DNA of 48,765 nucleotides from a virus (Duplodnaviria; Heunggongvirae; Uroviricota; Caudoviricetes): IMG/VR virus record IMGVR_UViG_2877982868_000002; one strand, 5' to 3'. Shown piece by piece: positions 1 to 10,642 of this stretch (position 1 is its first letter; each line of letters starts with the position of its first letter). The notes under the pieces were generated by a model. It saw only the letters and a program-made list of their open reading frames with translations, ran no database searches and was not told where the DNA came from. The position numbers and the translations under genes were made by a program.

Positions 1-3000
1 GTGCCAGCTTCCGCAGTAGGTGCGCTGGGCGAAGCCAGCTACACGGTGACGGCGAACGTCACCGACAGCGCAGGCAACAGCAATTCCGCCAGCCATAACG
101 TGCAGGTCAATACCGCGCTGCCTGGCGTCACCATTAACCCAGTTGCGACCGACGATATTATTAACGCCGCCGAATCGGGCAATGCGCAAACCATCAGCGG
201 CCAGGTGACGGGGGCGGCGGCGGGCGATACGGTTACCGTAACGCTTGGCGGGAAAACTTACACCGCTACCGTGCAGGGGAATTTAAGCTGGAGCGTGGAC
301 GTTCCGGCGGCGGATATTCAGGCCATCGGCAATGGCAATCTGACGGTTAACGCTTCGGTGACCAACGGCGTTGGCAATACTGGCAGCGGTTCGCGAGATA
401 TTACTATCGACGCCAACCTGCCAGGTCTGCGCGTTGACACCGTGGCGGGCGATGATGTGGTCAATAGCATCGAGCACGCTCAGGCGCTGGTGATAACTGG
501 TAGCAGCAGCGGGCTGGCGGCGGGCGCGGCGCTGACGGTGGTGATTAACACGGTCACTTACGCTGCAACAGTATTAGCCGATGGCACATGGAGCGTTGGT
601 GTTCCGGCGGCAGACGTGAGTAACTGGCCTGCGGGTACGGTGAATATCACGGTAAGTGGCACTAACACAGCCGGAACAACATCCACCATCACCCATCCGG
701 TCACCGTCGATCTGGCGGCGGTGGCGATTTCCATTAACACCGTTTCCGGCGACGATGTGATTAACGCCGCCGAAAAAGGGGCAGATTTAACCCTTTCCGG
801 CAGCACCTCCGGCGTGGAAGTGGGGCAAACGGTCACCGTTACCTTTGGCGGGAAAACCTACACCGCTACCGTAGCGGGCGATGGTAGCTGGACAACCACC
901 GTACCCGCCGCCGATCTCAGCGTGTTACGCGACGGCGACGCCACCGTGCAGGCCAGCGTCAGCACTATTAACGGCAACACGGCTTCGGCAACCCACGCCT
1001 ACAGCGTCGATGCCACGGCCCCGACGCTTGCCATTAACACCATCGCCACCGACGATATTCTGAACGCTGCCGAGGCGGGCAATCCGTTAACCATCAGCGG
1101 TAGCAGCACCGCCGAAGCGGGGCAGACGGTAACCGTCACGCTTAATGGTGTGACTTACAGCGGCTCCGTCCAGGCGGACGGCAGCTGGAGCGTCAGCTTA
1201 CCGACGGCGGATCTCAGCAATCTGACCGCCAGCCAGTACACCGTTAGTGCCTCGGTAAGCGATAAAGCGGGTAACCCGGCGTCCGCTAACCACGGGCTGG
1301 CGGTGGATCTCACCGTGCCGGTGCTGACCATCAACACCGTCTCCGGCGATGACATTATTAACGCCGCCGAACACGGACAGGCGCTGGTGATCTCCGGCTC
1401 CAGCACTGGCGGCGAAGCGGGTGATGTCATCACCGTCACACTAAACAGTAAAACCTACACCACCATGCTGGACGCTTCCGGCAACTGGAGCGTCGGCGTT
1501 CCGGCGGCTGACGTCACTGCGCTTGGCAGCGGCCCGCAAACTATCACTGCGGCAATTACCGACGCGGCAGGCAACAGCGATGACGCCAGCCGCACGGTCA
1601 CCGTGAATCTCGCCGCGCCAACCATTGGTATCAACACCATCGCCACCGATGACGTGATTAAAGCCACGGAAAAAGGCGCGGACCTGCAAATCACCGGCAC
1701 CAGTAATCAGCCTGCGGGCACCACCATTACGGTGACGCTGAACGGGCAAAATTACACCGCTACTACCGATAGCAACGGCAACTGGAGCGCCACGGTGCCA
1801 GCGTCAGCGGTTAGCGCATTGGGTGAAGCCAACTACACGGTAACGGCAAACGTCACTGATACGGCAGGCAACAGTAATTCCGCCAGTCATAATGTGCTGG
1901 TCAACAGCGCCTTGCCTGCCGTTACCATTAACGCGGTGGCGACTGACGATATTATTAACGCTGCCGAATCGGGAAATGCGCAAACCATCAGCGGGCAGGT
2001 GACGGGCGCAGCGCAGGGGGATACGGTTACCGTTACGCTGGGCGGCAACACCTACACCGCCACGGTGCAGTCTAATTTAAGCTGGAGTGTGGACGTTCCG
2101 GCGGCGGATATTCAGGCGCTGGGCAACGGCGACCTGACGGTTAATGCCTCGGTCACCAATGGCGTCGGCAACACCGGCAGCGGCTCGCGCGATATCACGA
2201 TCGACGCCAATCTGCCTGGCCTGCGGGTCGATACCGTGGCGGGCGATGATGTTATTAACAGCATTGAGCACAATCAGGCGCTGGTGATCACCGGCAGCAG
2301 CAGCGGATTAACGGCGGGAACGGCGTTAACGGTCGAGATTAACAACGTTACTTATGGCGCGACGGTATTAGCCGACGGCACGTGGAGCCTCGGTGTTCCG
2401 GCGGTAGACGTCAGCAACTGGCCAGCGGGTACGGTGAATATCACGGTAAGCGGCACCAACAGTGCCGGAACAACCTCCACCATTACCCATCCGGTTACCG
2501 TCGATCTGGCTGGGGTCGCCATCACCATTAACACTCTCTCTGGTGATGATGTGATCAACGCCGTCGAAAAAGGCGAAACGCTGGTCGTAAGCGGCAGCAC
2601 CAGCGGTGTCGAAGCCGGGCAGACGGTGACCGTCACCTTTGGCGGCAAAAATTACACCACCACAGTGGAAGCTAACGGTAGCTGGACGGTGAATGTGCCG
2701 CCTGCCGATCTCGCTGCGCTACCGGACGGCGCGGGCAACGTGCAGGCGAGTGTCAGTAATATTAACGGCAACAGCGCCCAGGCCGATCGCGCGTATAGCG
2801 TTGATGCCACCGCGCCGCTTGTGACCATCAACACCATCGCCAGCGACGATATCCTTAACGTGAGCGAAGCTGGCGCGGGGATCACCATCAGCGGCACTAC
2901 CACGGCGCAGGCCGGGCAGACGCTCACCGTCACGCTCAATAACAACACGTACCAGACCACCGTTCTGGCGGATGGCACCTGGAGCGTGAATGTTCCGGCA

Positions 3001-6000
3001 GCGGATTTAAGCGGATTAACCGCCAGCAGTTACACCGTGACCGCCACGGTGAGCGACAAAGCGGGTAACCCGGCAAGCGCCGACCACGCGCTGGTGGTAG
3101 ATATCACTGCGCCGGATCTCACCATTAACACCGTCGCGGGCGATGACATTATCAACGCCATCGAACATGGTCAGGCGTTGGTGGTCAGCGGCACCAGTAC
3201 GGGCGCGGCGGCGGGTGATGTGGTAACCGTCACGCTGAACGGTAAAAACTACACCACCACGCTGGATGCCTCCGGTAACTGGAGCGTGGGCATTCCGGCG
3301 GCGGATGTCACGGCGCTGGCGACCGGTAGCCAGACCATCACCGCCAGCCTGAGCGATCGCGCGGGCAACAGCGACAGCACGACTCACGATGTGACCGTTG
3401 ATCTTAGCGGCCCGACGCTGACCATTAACACCGTCTCCGGCGATGACATTATCAACGCCGCTGAAATCGTTGTGGCGCAGACCATCAGCGGTCAGGTCAC
3501 GGGAACGGCGGTTGCCGGGAATACGGTGATTGTCACCATTGGCGGCAATCAATATAACGCCACCGTGCAGTCAGATTTAAGCTGGAGCGTCAGCGTACCG
3601 GCGAACGTTTTGCAGGCGCTGGGTAACGGTGAACTGACCATCAGCGCCTCGTTGACCAATTCCGCAAATAATACCGGCACCGCGACGCACGATATCGTGA
3701 TAGATGCCAACCTGCCAGGTCTGCGCGTCGATACCGTGGCAGGCGATGATGTGATTAACAGCATCGAGCACACTCAGGCGTTGGTGATCACCGGTAGCAG
3801 TAGCGGACTGGCGGCGGGCGCGGCGTTGACGGTGGTTATCAATAGCGTCACCTACGGCGCAACGGTTTTAGCGGATGGTAGCTGGAGCGTTGGTGTTCCG
3901 GTGGCAGATGTCACAAACTGGCCTGCGGGGACGGTCAATATTGCCGTCTCTGGCACCAACACCGCCGGAACCACAACCAGCATTAGCCATCCGGTCACGG
4001 TCGATCTCGCTGCCGTGGCGATCACCATCAACACCCTTTCCACTGACGATGTGATTAACGCCGCCGAGAAAGGCTCTGATTTGCAGCTCTCCGGCACCAC
4101 CTCCGGCGTGGAAGCGGGGCAAACCATCACCGTTATCTTCGGCGGCAAAAGCTACACCACCACGGTTGCCGCGGATAATACCTGGGGGCTGACGATCCCT
4201 GCCGTCGATGTTGCAACCTTGCCAGACGGCGCAGCAAACGTCCAGGCCAGCGTCAGCAATGTCGCAGGGAACAGCACCCAGGCAACGCATGCTTACAGCG
4301 TTGATGCCACTGCGCCCTCCGTTACCATCAACACCATCGCCACGGACGATATTCTTAACGCCGCCGAAGCGGGATCGGCGCTGACCATCAGCGGCACCAG
4401 CACGGCGGAAGCCGGGCAGACGGTGACCGTAACGCTAAACGGCGTTAATTACAGCGGCAATGTGCAGGCAGACGGGAGCTGGAGCGTCAGCGTACCAACC
4501 GGCGATTTAGCTAGCCTTACCGCCAGCTCGTATACCGTTAACGCCTCGGTCAGCGACAAAGCCAGAAATTCGGCTTCGGCAACGCATAATCTGACGGTGG
4601 ACCTTGCCGCTCCGGTCGTCACCATCAACACGGTGGCGGGCGATGACATCATTAACGCCACGGAACACGGACAGGCGCAGATCATCAGCGGCTCGGCAAC
4701 GGGCGCGACTACCGGTAATACGGTTTCCGTGACGATTGGCACGACCACCTATACCACCGTGCTGGACGCCAACGGCAACTGGAGCATCGGCGTGCCTGCC
4801 AGCGTGATTTCCGCGCTGGCGCAGGGCGATGTGACCATTACCGCTACGGTCACCGACTCCGCAGGCAACAGCGGCACGGCCTCGCACACTGTCACCGTGG
4901 CGCTCGGCGCTCCGGTGCTCGCCATTAACACCATTGCCGTCGATGACATCATCAACGCCGCGGAGAAAGGCGCGGATCTGGCGATTACCGGCACCAGCAA
5001 CCAGCCTGCGGGCACGCAGATTACCGTTACGCTCAACGGGCAAAATTACACCACCACTGCCGATGCTTCCGGTAACTGGAGCGTGACCGTTCCGGCGTCA
5101 CGGGTGAGCGCCCTCGGTGAAGCCACCTACACGGTGACCGCAGCCGCCACTGACGCCGATGGCAACAGCGGTTCCGCCAGCCATAACGTACAGGTTAATA
5201 CCGCGCTGCCGGGCGTCACCATTAACGTGGTGGCAACGGACGATATTATTAACGCCGCCGAAGCGGGCGTGGAACAGACCATCAGCGGGCAGGTGACGGG
5301 TGCGGCGGCAGGCGACACGGTGACCGTCACGCTCGGCGGGGCGACTTACACTGCCACGGTGCAGGCGAATTTAAGCTGGAGCGTCGATGTTCCGGCCTCC
5401 GCGCTACAGGAGTTGGGCAACGGCGAACTGACCATTTCGGCTTCGGTGACGAACAGCGTAGGCAATACTGGTAACGGCACGCGCGAAATCACCATAGACG
5501 CGAATCTCCCCGGTCTGCGGGTCGACACCGTGGCGGGCGATGATGTGGTTAATATTATCGAGCACGGGCAGGCGCTGGTGATTACCGGCAGCAGCTCCGG
5601 TCTGGCGGCGGGCAGCAACGTCACGCTGACCATTAACGGGCAAACCTATGTTGCGGCGGTGCTGGCGGATGGCACCTGGAGCGTCGGCGTTCCGGCGGTG
5701 GATGTCAGCGCCTGGCCTGCGGGATCGGTGACGATTGCGGCGAGCGGTAGCACCTCTGCCGGAAATCCGGTAAGCGTTACGCATCCGGTGACGGTCGATC
5801 TCTCGGCGGTGGCGGTGAGCATCAACGCCATTACCGCCGATGATGTGATCAACGCTGCCGAAAAAGGCGCGGCGTTAACGCTCTCCGGCAGCACCTCTGG
5901 CGTTGAAGCCGGACAAACGGTTACCGTCACCTTTGGCGGCAAAACTTACAGCGCCACGGTGGCTGCGAATGGTTCCTGGAGCACCTCGGTTCCGGCGGCA

Positions 6001-9000
6001 GATATGGCGGCTCTGCGTGATGGCGATGCCAGCGCACAGGCCAGCGTCAGCAATGTTAACGGCAACAGCGCCACCACGACCCACGCTTACAGCGTTGATG
6101 CCAGCGCGCCAACGGTGACCATTAATACCATTGCGGGCGATGATATTCTTAACGCCGCCGAAGCCGGAGCGGCTCTGACCATCACCGGCAGCAGCACGGC
6201 GGAAGCGGGGCAGACGGTGACCGTCACGCTCAATGGCACAAACTACACCGGCACCGTACAGACGGACGGCAGCTGGAGCGTCAGCGTACCGTCAGCCGAC
6301 TTAAGCACCCTGACCGCCAGCAACTACACCGTGAACGCGGCGGTGAGCGACAAAGCCGGAAACCCGGCCTCGGTTAATCACAACCTGACGGTGGATACGT
6401 CCGTTCCGGTCGTCACCATCAACACGGTGGCAGGCGATGATGTGATCAACGCGACGGAACACGCCCAGGCGCAGATCATCAGCGGCTCCGCCACTGGAGC
6501 GGCAACCGGTAGCACCGTGACGGTGACTATCGGCACAAATACCTTTACCACGGTGCTGGATGCCAGCGGCAACTGGAGCGTCGGCGTTCCGGCAAGCGTC
6601 GTCTCGGCACTGGCGAATGGCACGGTGACCATCAATGCCAGCGTCACCGATGCCGGAGGAAACAGCGGCAGCGCTACCCATCAGGTGACGGTCAATACCG
6701 GGCTGCCGACCATTACCTTTAACGCCATCAGCGGCGATAACATCCTGAACGCCGATGAAAAAGGCCAGCCGTTGACCATCAGCGGCGGCAGTACGGGGCT
6801 GGCGACGGGCGCGCAGGTCACCGTCACGCTCAACGGTCACAACTACAGCGCCACCACCGACGCATCGGGCAACTGGACCTTAACCGTGCCGGTGAGCGAT
6901 CTGGCGGCATTAGGTCAGGCCAACTATACGGTCAGCGCCAGCGCCACCAGTGCAGCAGGCAACACCGCCAGCAGCCAGGCGAATTTACTGGTCGACAGCG
7001 GCCTGCCGGACGTCACCATCAACACCGTGGCAGGCGACGATATTATCAACGCCGCCGAAGCGGGGGCCGATCAAACCATCAGCGGGGTGGTGACTCGCGC
7101 CGCCGCTGGCGATACGGTCACCGTGACGCTGGGCGGGAACACTTACACCGCTACGGTACAGAGCAACTTAAGCTGGAGCGTCAGCGTTCCGACAGCCGAT
7201 CTCCAGGCGTTGGGCAATGGTGATTTGACCATTACCGCCTCGGTCACCAACGCTAATGGCAACACCGGGAGCGGCACGCGGGATATCACCATTGATGCCA
7301 ACCTGCCGGGGCTGCGCGTAGATACCGTGGCGGGCGATGATATCGTCAACAGCATCGAGCACGGGCAGGCGCTGGTGATCACCGGCGGCAGTAGCGGCCT
7401 GAATGCAGGTGCTGTGCTGACGGTTACCATCAACAGTGTGGCGTATTCCGCCACGGTGCAGGCGGACGGAAGCTGGAGCGTTGGCATTCCGGCGGCAAAC
7501 GTCAGCGCCTGGCCTGCGGGGCCGTTAACCGTGGAGGTAGACGGGCAAAGCAGCGCCAATAACCCAGTCAGCGTCAGCCATCCGTTCACCGTCGATTTAA
7601 CGGCGGTGGCAATCAGCATCAACACCGTTGCCAGCGACGACGTGATTAACGCCGCAGAAAAAGGCACCAATCTGACTCTTTCCGGCAGTACCAGCGGGAT
7701 TGAGAGCGGGCAAACCGTCACCGTCACTTTTGGCGGTAAAACCTACACTGCAAGCGTCGCCGCCAACGGGAGCTGGAGTGTAAACGTTCCGGCGGCAGAT
7801 CTGGCAACTCTGCCAGAGGGCGCGGCGAATGTGCAGGCCAGCGTTAGCAGCGCGAGCGGTAACAGTGCCTCGGCGACCCATGCGTATAGCGTTGACGCCA
7901 GCGCGCCGACGCTCACCATTAACACCATCGCCAGCGACGATATCCTTAACGCCGCAGAAGCCGGAAGCCCGCTCACCATCAGCGGCACCAGCACCGCCGA
8001 AACCGGGCAGACGGTGACCGTCACCCTTAACGGCGCAACCTACACCGGCACTGTGCAGGCGGACGGTAGCTGGAGCGTCAGCGTTCCCACTTCAGCCCTG
8101 GGCGCGCTCAACGCAAGCAATTACACCGTCAGCGCCACGGTCAATGACAAAGCGGGCAACCCCGGCAGCGCCAGCCATAATCTGGCGGTAGACACCACCG
8201 CGCCGGTTCTCACCATTAACACCGTGGCGGGCGATGACATCATCAACGATGCCGAACATGCGCAGGCGCTGGTGATCTCCGGCACCAGTAGCGGCGGGGA
8301 AGCGGGCGATGTGGTGAGCGTTGTGCTCAACGGCAAAACCTACACCACCACCCTGGATGCCTCCGGCAACTGGAGCGTTGGCGTTCCGGCGGCAGATGTT
8401 ACGGCGCTGGGTAGCGGTGCGCAGACCATCACCGCCAGCGTCAGCGATCGGGCAGGCAACAGCGACGACGCCAGCCGCACCGTGACCGTCAGCCTCAGCG
8501 CGCCAGTGATTAGCATCAACACCATCGCGGGCGATGATGTGATCAACGCGACGGAAAAAGGATCTGATCTGGCGCTTTCTGGCACCAGCGATCAGCCTGC
8601 GGGTACGGCGATCACCGTCACCCTGAACGGACAAAACTACAGCGCCACCACGGATGCCTCCGGCAACTGGAGTGTTACCGTGCCTGCCTCGGCGGTCAGT
8701 GCGCTGGGCGAAGCGACCTACAGCGTGACGGCGAGCGTCACCAATGCTCAGGGTAACAGCAGCACCGCCAGCCATAACGTGCAGGTTAATACCGCGCTGC
8801 CGGGCATCACCATTAATCCGGTGGCGACGGACGATATTATCAACGCTTCAGAGGCAGGCAGCGCGCAAACTATCAGCGGCCAGGTAACCGGTGCGGCGGC
8901 GGGCAGCACCGTCACCGTTGAACTGGGCGGTAAAACTTACACCGCCACCGTCCAGGCTGATTTAAGCTGGAATGTGAGCGTACCTGCCGCCGACTGGCAG

Positions 9001-9684
9001 GCTCTGGGTAACGGTGAGTTAACGGTTAATGCCTCGGTGACCAACGCCGTTGGCAACACCGGTAGCGGCACGCGCGATATCACCATCGATGCCAGTCTGC
9101 CTGGCCTGCGGGTGGATACCGTCGCGGGTGATGATGTGGTCAATATCATCGAACACGCTCAGGCGCAGGTGATCACCGGCAGCAGCTCCGGCTTTGCCGC
9201 AGGCACGGCGTTGACGGTGGTGATTAACAACCAAACTTACGCCGCCACGGTGTTGGCGAACGGTAGCTGGAGCGTCGGCGTTCCTGCGACGGATGTCAGT
9301 AACTGGCCTGCGGGAACGCTGAATATTACCGTTAGCGGGGCGAACAGTGCCGGAACGCAAACCAGCATTACCCATCCGCTGACTGTTGATCTCACCGCCG
9401 TCGCCATCAGCATGAACAGCATCACCAGCGATGATGCGATTAACGCCGCCGAAAAAGGCGCGGCGTTAACGCTCTCCGGCAGCACGTCCGGCGTCGACGC
9501 GGGGCAAACCGTCACCGTCACCTTTGGCGGCAAAACCTACACCACCACGGTGGCGGCAAACGGTAGCTGGAGCACCACCGTTCCGGCGGCGGATTTGGCG
9601 GCCCTGCGTGATGGCGATGCCAGCGCCCAGGTGCGGGTGACTAACGTCAACGGCAACAGCGCCACAGCAACTGTAACCAGGTGA
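1..9684 (+). CDS. Giant Ig-like tandem-repeat surface adhesin (BapA-like large repetitive protein); 5' partial at window edge, frame ends at prophage junction
   Basis: One uninterrupted 3227-codon frame; ~30 tandem ~100-aa units with recurring motifs (INT[IV]A.DD[IV][IL]NAAE..., TVTVTLNG.TYT.TV.ADGSWSV.VPAAD); DNA-level superrepeats recur near nt 1, 1796, 5097, 8683; frame stops mid-repeat at TGA 9682-9684. Confidence 0.8.
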   Translation: MPASAVGALGEASYTVTANVTDSAGNSNSASHNVQVNTALPGVTINPVATDDIINAAESGNAQTISGQVTGAAAGDTVTVTLGGKTYTATVQGNLSWSVDVPAADIQAIGNGNLTVNASVTNGVGNTGSGSRDITIDANLPGLRVDTVAGDDVVNSIEHAQALVITGSSSGLAAGAALTVVINTVTYAATVLADGTWSVGVPAADVSNWPAGTVNITVSGTNTAGTTSTITHPVTVDLAAVAISINTVSGDDVINAAEKGADLTLSGSTSGVEVGQTVTVTFGGKTYTATVAGDGSWTTTVPAADLSVLRDGDATVQASVSTINGNTASATHAYSVDATAPTLAINTIATDDILNAAEAGNPLTISGSSTAEAGQTVTVTLNGVTYSGSVQADGSWSVSLPTADLSNLTASQYTVSASVSDKAGNPASANHGLAVDLTVPVLTINTVSGDDIINAAEHGQALVISGSSTGGEAGDVITVTLNSKTYTTMLDASGNWSVGVPAADVTALGSGPQTITAAITDAAGNSDDASRTVTVNLAAPTIGINTIATDDVIKATEKGADLQITGTSNQPAGTTITVTLNGQNYTATTDSNGNWSATVPASAVSALGEANYTVTANVTDTAGNSNSASHNVLVNSALPAVTINAVATDDIINAAESGNAQTISGQVTGAAQGDTVTVTLGGNTYTATVQSNLSWSVDVPAADIQALGNGDLTVNASVTNGVGNTGSGSRDITIDANLPGLRVDTVAGDDVINSIEHNQALVITGSSSGLTAGTALTVEINNVTYGATVLADGTWSLGVPAVDVSNWPAGTVNITVSGTNSAGTTSTITHPVTVDLAGVAITINTLSGDDVINAVEKGETLVVSGSTSGVEAGQTVTVTFGGKNYTTTVEANGSWTVNVPPADLAALPDGAGNVQASVSNINGNSAQADRAYSVDATAPLVTINTIASDDILNVSEAGAGITISGTTTAQAGQTLTVTLNNNTYQTTVLADGTWSVNVPAADLSGLTASSYTVTATVSDKAGNPASADHALVVDITAPDLTINTVAGDDIINAIEHGQALVVSGTSTGAAAGDVVTVTLNGKNYTTTLDASGNWSVGIPAADVTALATGSQTITASLSDRAGNSDSTTHDVTVDLSGPTLTINTVSGDDIINAAEIVVAQTISGQVTGTAVAGNTVIVTIGGNQYNATVQSDLSWSVSVPANVLQALGNGELTISASLTNSANNTGTATHDIVIDANLPGLRVDTVAGDDVINSIEHTQALVITGSSSGLAAGAALTVVINSVTYGATVLADGSWSVGVPVADVTNWPAGTVNIAVSGTNTAGTTTSISHPVTVDLAAVAITINTLSTDDVINAAEKGSDLQLSGTTSGVEAGQTITVIFGGKSYTTTVAADNTWGLTIPAVDVATLPDGAANVQASVSNVAGNSTQATHAYSVDATAPSVTINTIATDDILNAAEAGSALTISGTSTAEAGQTVTVTLNGVNYSGNVQADGSWSVSVPTGDLASLTASSYTVNASVSDKARNSASATHNLTVDLAAPVVTINTVAGDDIINATEHGQAQIISGSATGATTGNTVSVTIGTTTYTTVLDANGNWSIGVPASVISALAQGDVTITATVTDSAGNSGTASHTVTVALGAPVLAINTIAVDDIINAAEKGADLAITGTSNQPAGTQITVTLNGQNYTTTADASGNWSVTVPASRVSALGEATYTVTAAATDADGNSGSASHNVQVNTALPGVTINVVATDDIINAAEAGVEQTISGQVTGAAAGDTVTVTLGGATYTATVQANLSWSVDVPASALQELGNGELTISASVTNSVGNTGNGTREITIDANLPGLRVDTVAGDDVVNIIEHGQALVITGSSSGLAAGSNVTLTINGQTYVAAVLADGTWSVGVPAVDVSAWPAGSVTIAASGSTSAGNPVSVTHPVTVDLSAVAVSINAITADDVINAAEKGAALTLSGSTSGVEAGQTVTVTFGGKTYSATVAANGSWSTSVPAADMAALRDGDASAQASVSNVNGNSATTTHAYSVDASAPTVTINTIAGDDILNAAEAGAALTITGSSTAEAGQTVTVTLNGTNYTGTVQTDGSWSVSVPSADLSTLTASNYTVNAAVSDKAGNPASVNHNLTVDTSVPVVTINTVAGDDVINATEHAQAQIISGSATGAATGSTVTVTIGTNTFTTVLDASGNWSVGVPASVVSALANGTVTINASVTDAGGNSGSATHQVTVNTGLPTITFNAISGDNILNADEKGQPLTISGGSTGLATGAQVTVTLNGHNYSATTDASGNWTLTVPVSDLAALGQANYTVSASATSAAGNTASSQANLLVDSGLPDVTINTVAGDDIINAAEAGADQTISGVVTRAAAGDTVTVTLGGNTYTATVQSNLSWSVSVPTADLQALGNGDLTITASVTNANGNTGSGTRDITIDANLPGLRVDTVAGDDIVNSIEHGQALVITGGSSGLNAGAVLTVTINSVAYSATVQADGSWSVGIPAANVSAWPAGPLTVEVDGQSSANNPVSVSHPFTVDLTAVAISINTVASDDVINAAEKGTNLTLSGSTSGIESGQTVTVTFGGKTYTASVAANGSWSVNVPAADLATLPEGAANVQASVSSASGNSASATHAYSVDASAPTLTINTIASDDILNAAEAGSPLTISGTSTAETGQTVTVTLNGATYTGTVQADGSWSVSVPTSALGALNASNYTVSATVNDKAGNPGSASHNLAVDTTAPVLTINTVAGDDIINDAEHAQALVISGTSSGGEAGDVVSVVLNGKTYTTTLDASGNWSVGVPAADVTALGSGAQTITASVSDRAGNSDDASRTVTVSLSAPVISINTIAGDDVINATEKGSDLALSGTSDQPAGTAITVTLNGQNYSATTDASGNWSVTVPASAVSALGEATYSVTASVTNAQGNSSTASHNVQVNTALPGITINPVATDDIINASEAGSAQTISGQVTGAAAGSTVTVELGGKTYTATVQADLSWNVSVPAADWQALGNGELTVNASVTNAVGNTGSGTRDITIDASLPGLRVDTVAGDDVVNIIEHAQAQVITGSSSGFAAGTALTVVINNQTYAATVLANGSWSVGVPATDVSNWPAGTLNITVSGANSAGTQTSITHPLTVDLTAVAISMNSITSDDAINAAEKGAALTLSGSTSGVDAGQTVTVTFGGKTYTTTVAANGSWSTTVPAADLAALRDGDASAQVRVTNVNGNSATATVTR

Positions 9685-9850
9685 ATCATTTGATACCAAC
9701 GAGGGTTTTAGTGAAAGGAGGTGAAATCACCTGTAAGATACTGAAATAAAACAGGTGATGTCTGGATGAGCGCTTAAAGTCTATTTGATACCGATTGTGC
9801 AATAATTAATCGTTTATTCTAAAATCGGCAAAACTTTTGATACTGCGATC
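9685..9850. promoter_or_regulatory. Prophage left-end region with putative transposase-binding repeats
   Basis: Three direct copies of TTTGATAC(C/T) at ~9689, ~9785, ~9836; GGTGA/TCACC inverted repeats at 9719-9732 and 9727-9758. Confidence 0.4.
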
Positions 9851-9921
9851 TCAACTTTTTAAAGCGTTTAAAACTTCATTAAATCTATATGGCAACTAAC
9901 ATACGGGCCAGCCTCGCCAAA

Positions 9922-10452
9922 CTAACCCGCTTTAGATTCTACCGGATTTGATTGCCTACTTGTCTCGGTTTTTTCCAAAATCTCTCTGACGCAATCGTCT
10001 GGCATATCTACAATCATCAACGCAGCCAGGCGCTTCCTGCCTTCTAGTTGTAATAAATCCTGGTTTTCTTTATCCAGCAGTGTCAGAACCGTCTCTACAC
10101 CTTTGCGAGCAAGGAGATTGGTTAACTGTTCTCGTTCGTCTTTCGTAAGGAATGAAAGCATCTGTGTAAGTTGATCTCCCTTATCACCAGAACAACCAAA
10201 ATTACCACAAATACCAACATCGTTTGGTGATTCACCCTTGCCCTCTTTAAGCCACTCAAGACTAACTCCTTCACTTTCAGAAATTCGTATAAGGATACTT
10301 TCTCTGGGGGCTGGTTGTGTTTGTCCTCCCTTGAAATAGCTGTTTAATGTGTTGATATTGATTCCCCACGCTCTGGCAGCTGCACTTCTTGAAGGGTAGC
10401 GCTTTGTAAGCATTCCAATACGTTCAATAACAGGTTCTTTTCCCTGCGACAT
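9922..10452 (-). CDS. c: Prophage repressor (Mu c-like), transcribed divergently from ner
   Basis: Minus-strand ORF at Mu repressor position; ATG at 10450-10452 (MSQGKEP...) with upstream SD; HTH-like N-terminal region; track ORF extends to 10527. Confidence 0.6.
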   Translation of the reverse strand: MSQGKEPVIERIGMLTKRYPSRSAAARAWGININTLNSYFKGGQTQPAPRESILIRISESEGVSLEWLKEGKGESPNDVGICGNFGCSGDKGDQLTQMLSFLTKDEREQLTNLLARKGVETVLTLLDKENQDLLQLEGRKRLAALMIVDMPDDCVREILEKTETSRQSNPVESKAG

Positions 10453-10527
10453 AAAGATACCTCTTGGTGCTTTTCTAAGGAAAGGTTTCTTTCTATTTAT
10501 CCAATTGAAAAATAAGGACAAAAGCAA

Positions 10528-10642
10528 AAATTAGCCAAAATACCAAAAATACCTTGATTTGGTATTTTTAGTGATGCATTATTTACCCGTGCAGATATCC
10601 GCACGAATATCCGCGCGGGTAACTTTTTAGAATAGAGGAAGT
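10528..10642. promoter_or_regulatory. Divergent early control region (operator/promoter candidates) between repressor and ner
   Basis: AT-rich 115-bp intergenic; AAAATACC direct repeat plus inverted copy (AAAAATACC-ttgattt-GGTATTTTT, ~10545-10569); ATATCCGC direct repeat at 10595 and 10607. Confidence 0.45.

Noticed and set aside
1-9684. Adhesin as an RTX-type toxin
   Set aside because: No GGxGxD nonapeptide calcium-binding repeats; repeats are ~100-aa Ig-like units typical of Bap-type adhesins.
283-9699. Many minus-strand ORFs of 60-230 aa inside the adhesin gene (e.g. 3016-3552, 4507-5043, 6301-6840, 8092-8775)
   Set aside because: They recur with the same periodicity as the plus-strand repeats, are Arg/Gly/Ala-rich as expected for antisense translation of high-GC coding DNA, and lack SD-start contexts; they are frame shadows of the single long plus-strand ORF.
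9685-9921. tRNA gene or integrase-type attachment site at the prophage boundary
   Set aside because: No cloverleaf-compatible sequence and no integrase gene; the element encodes DDE transposase A plus B, so integration is by transposition.
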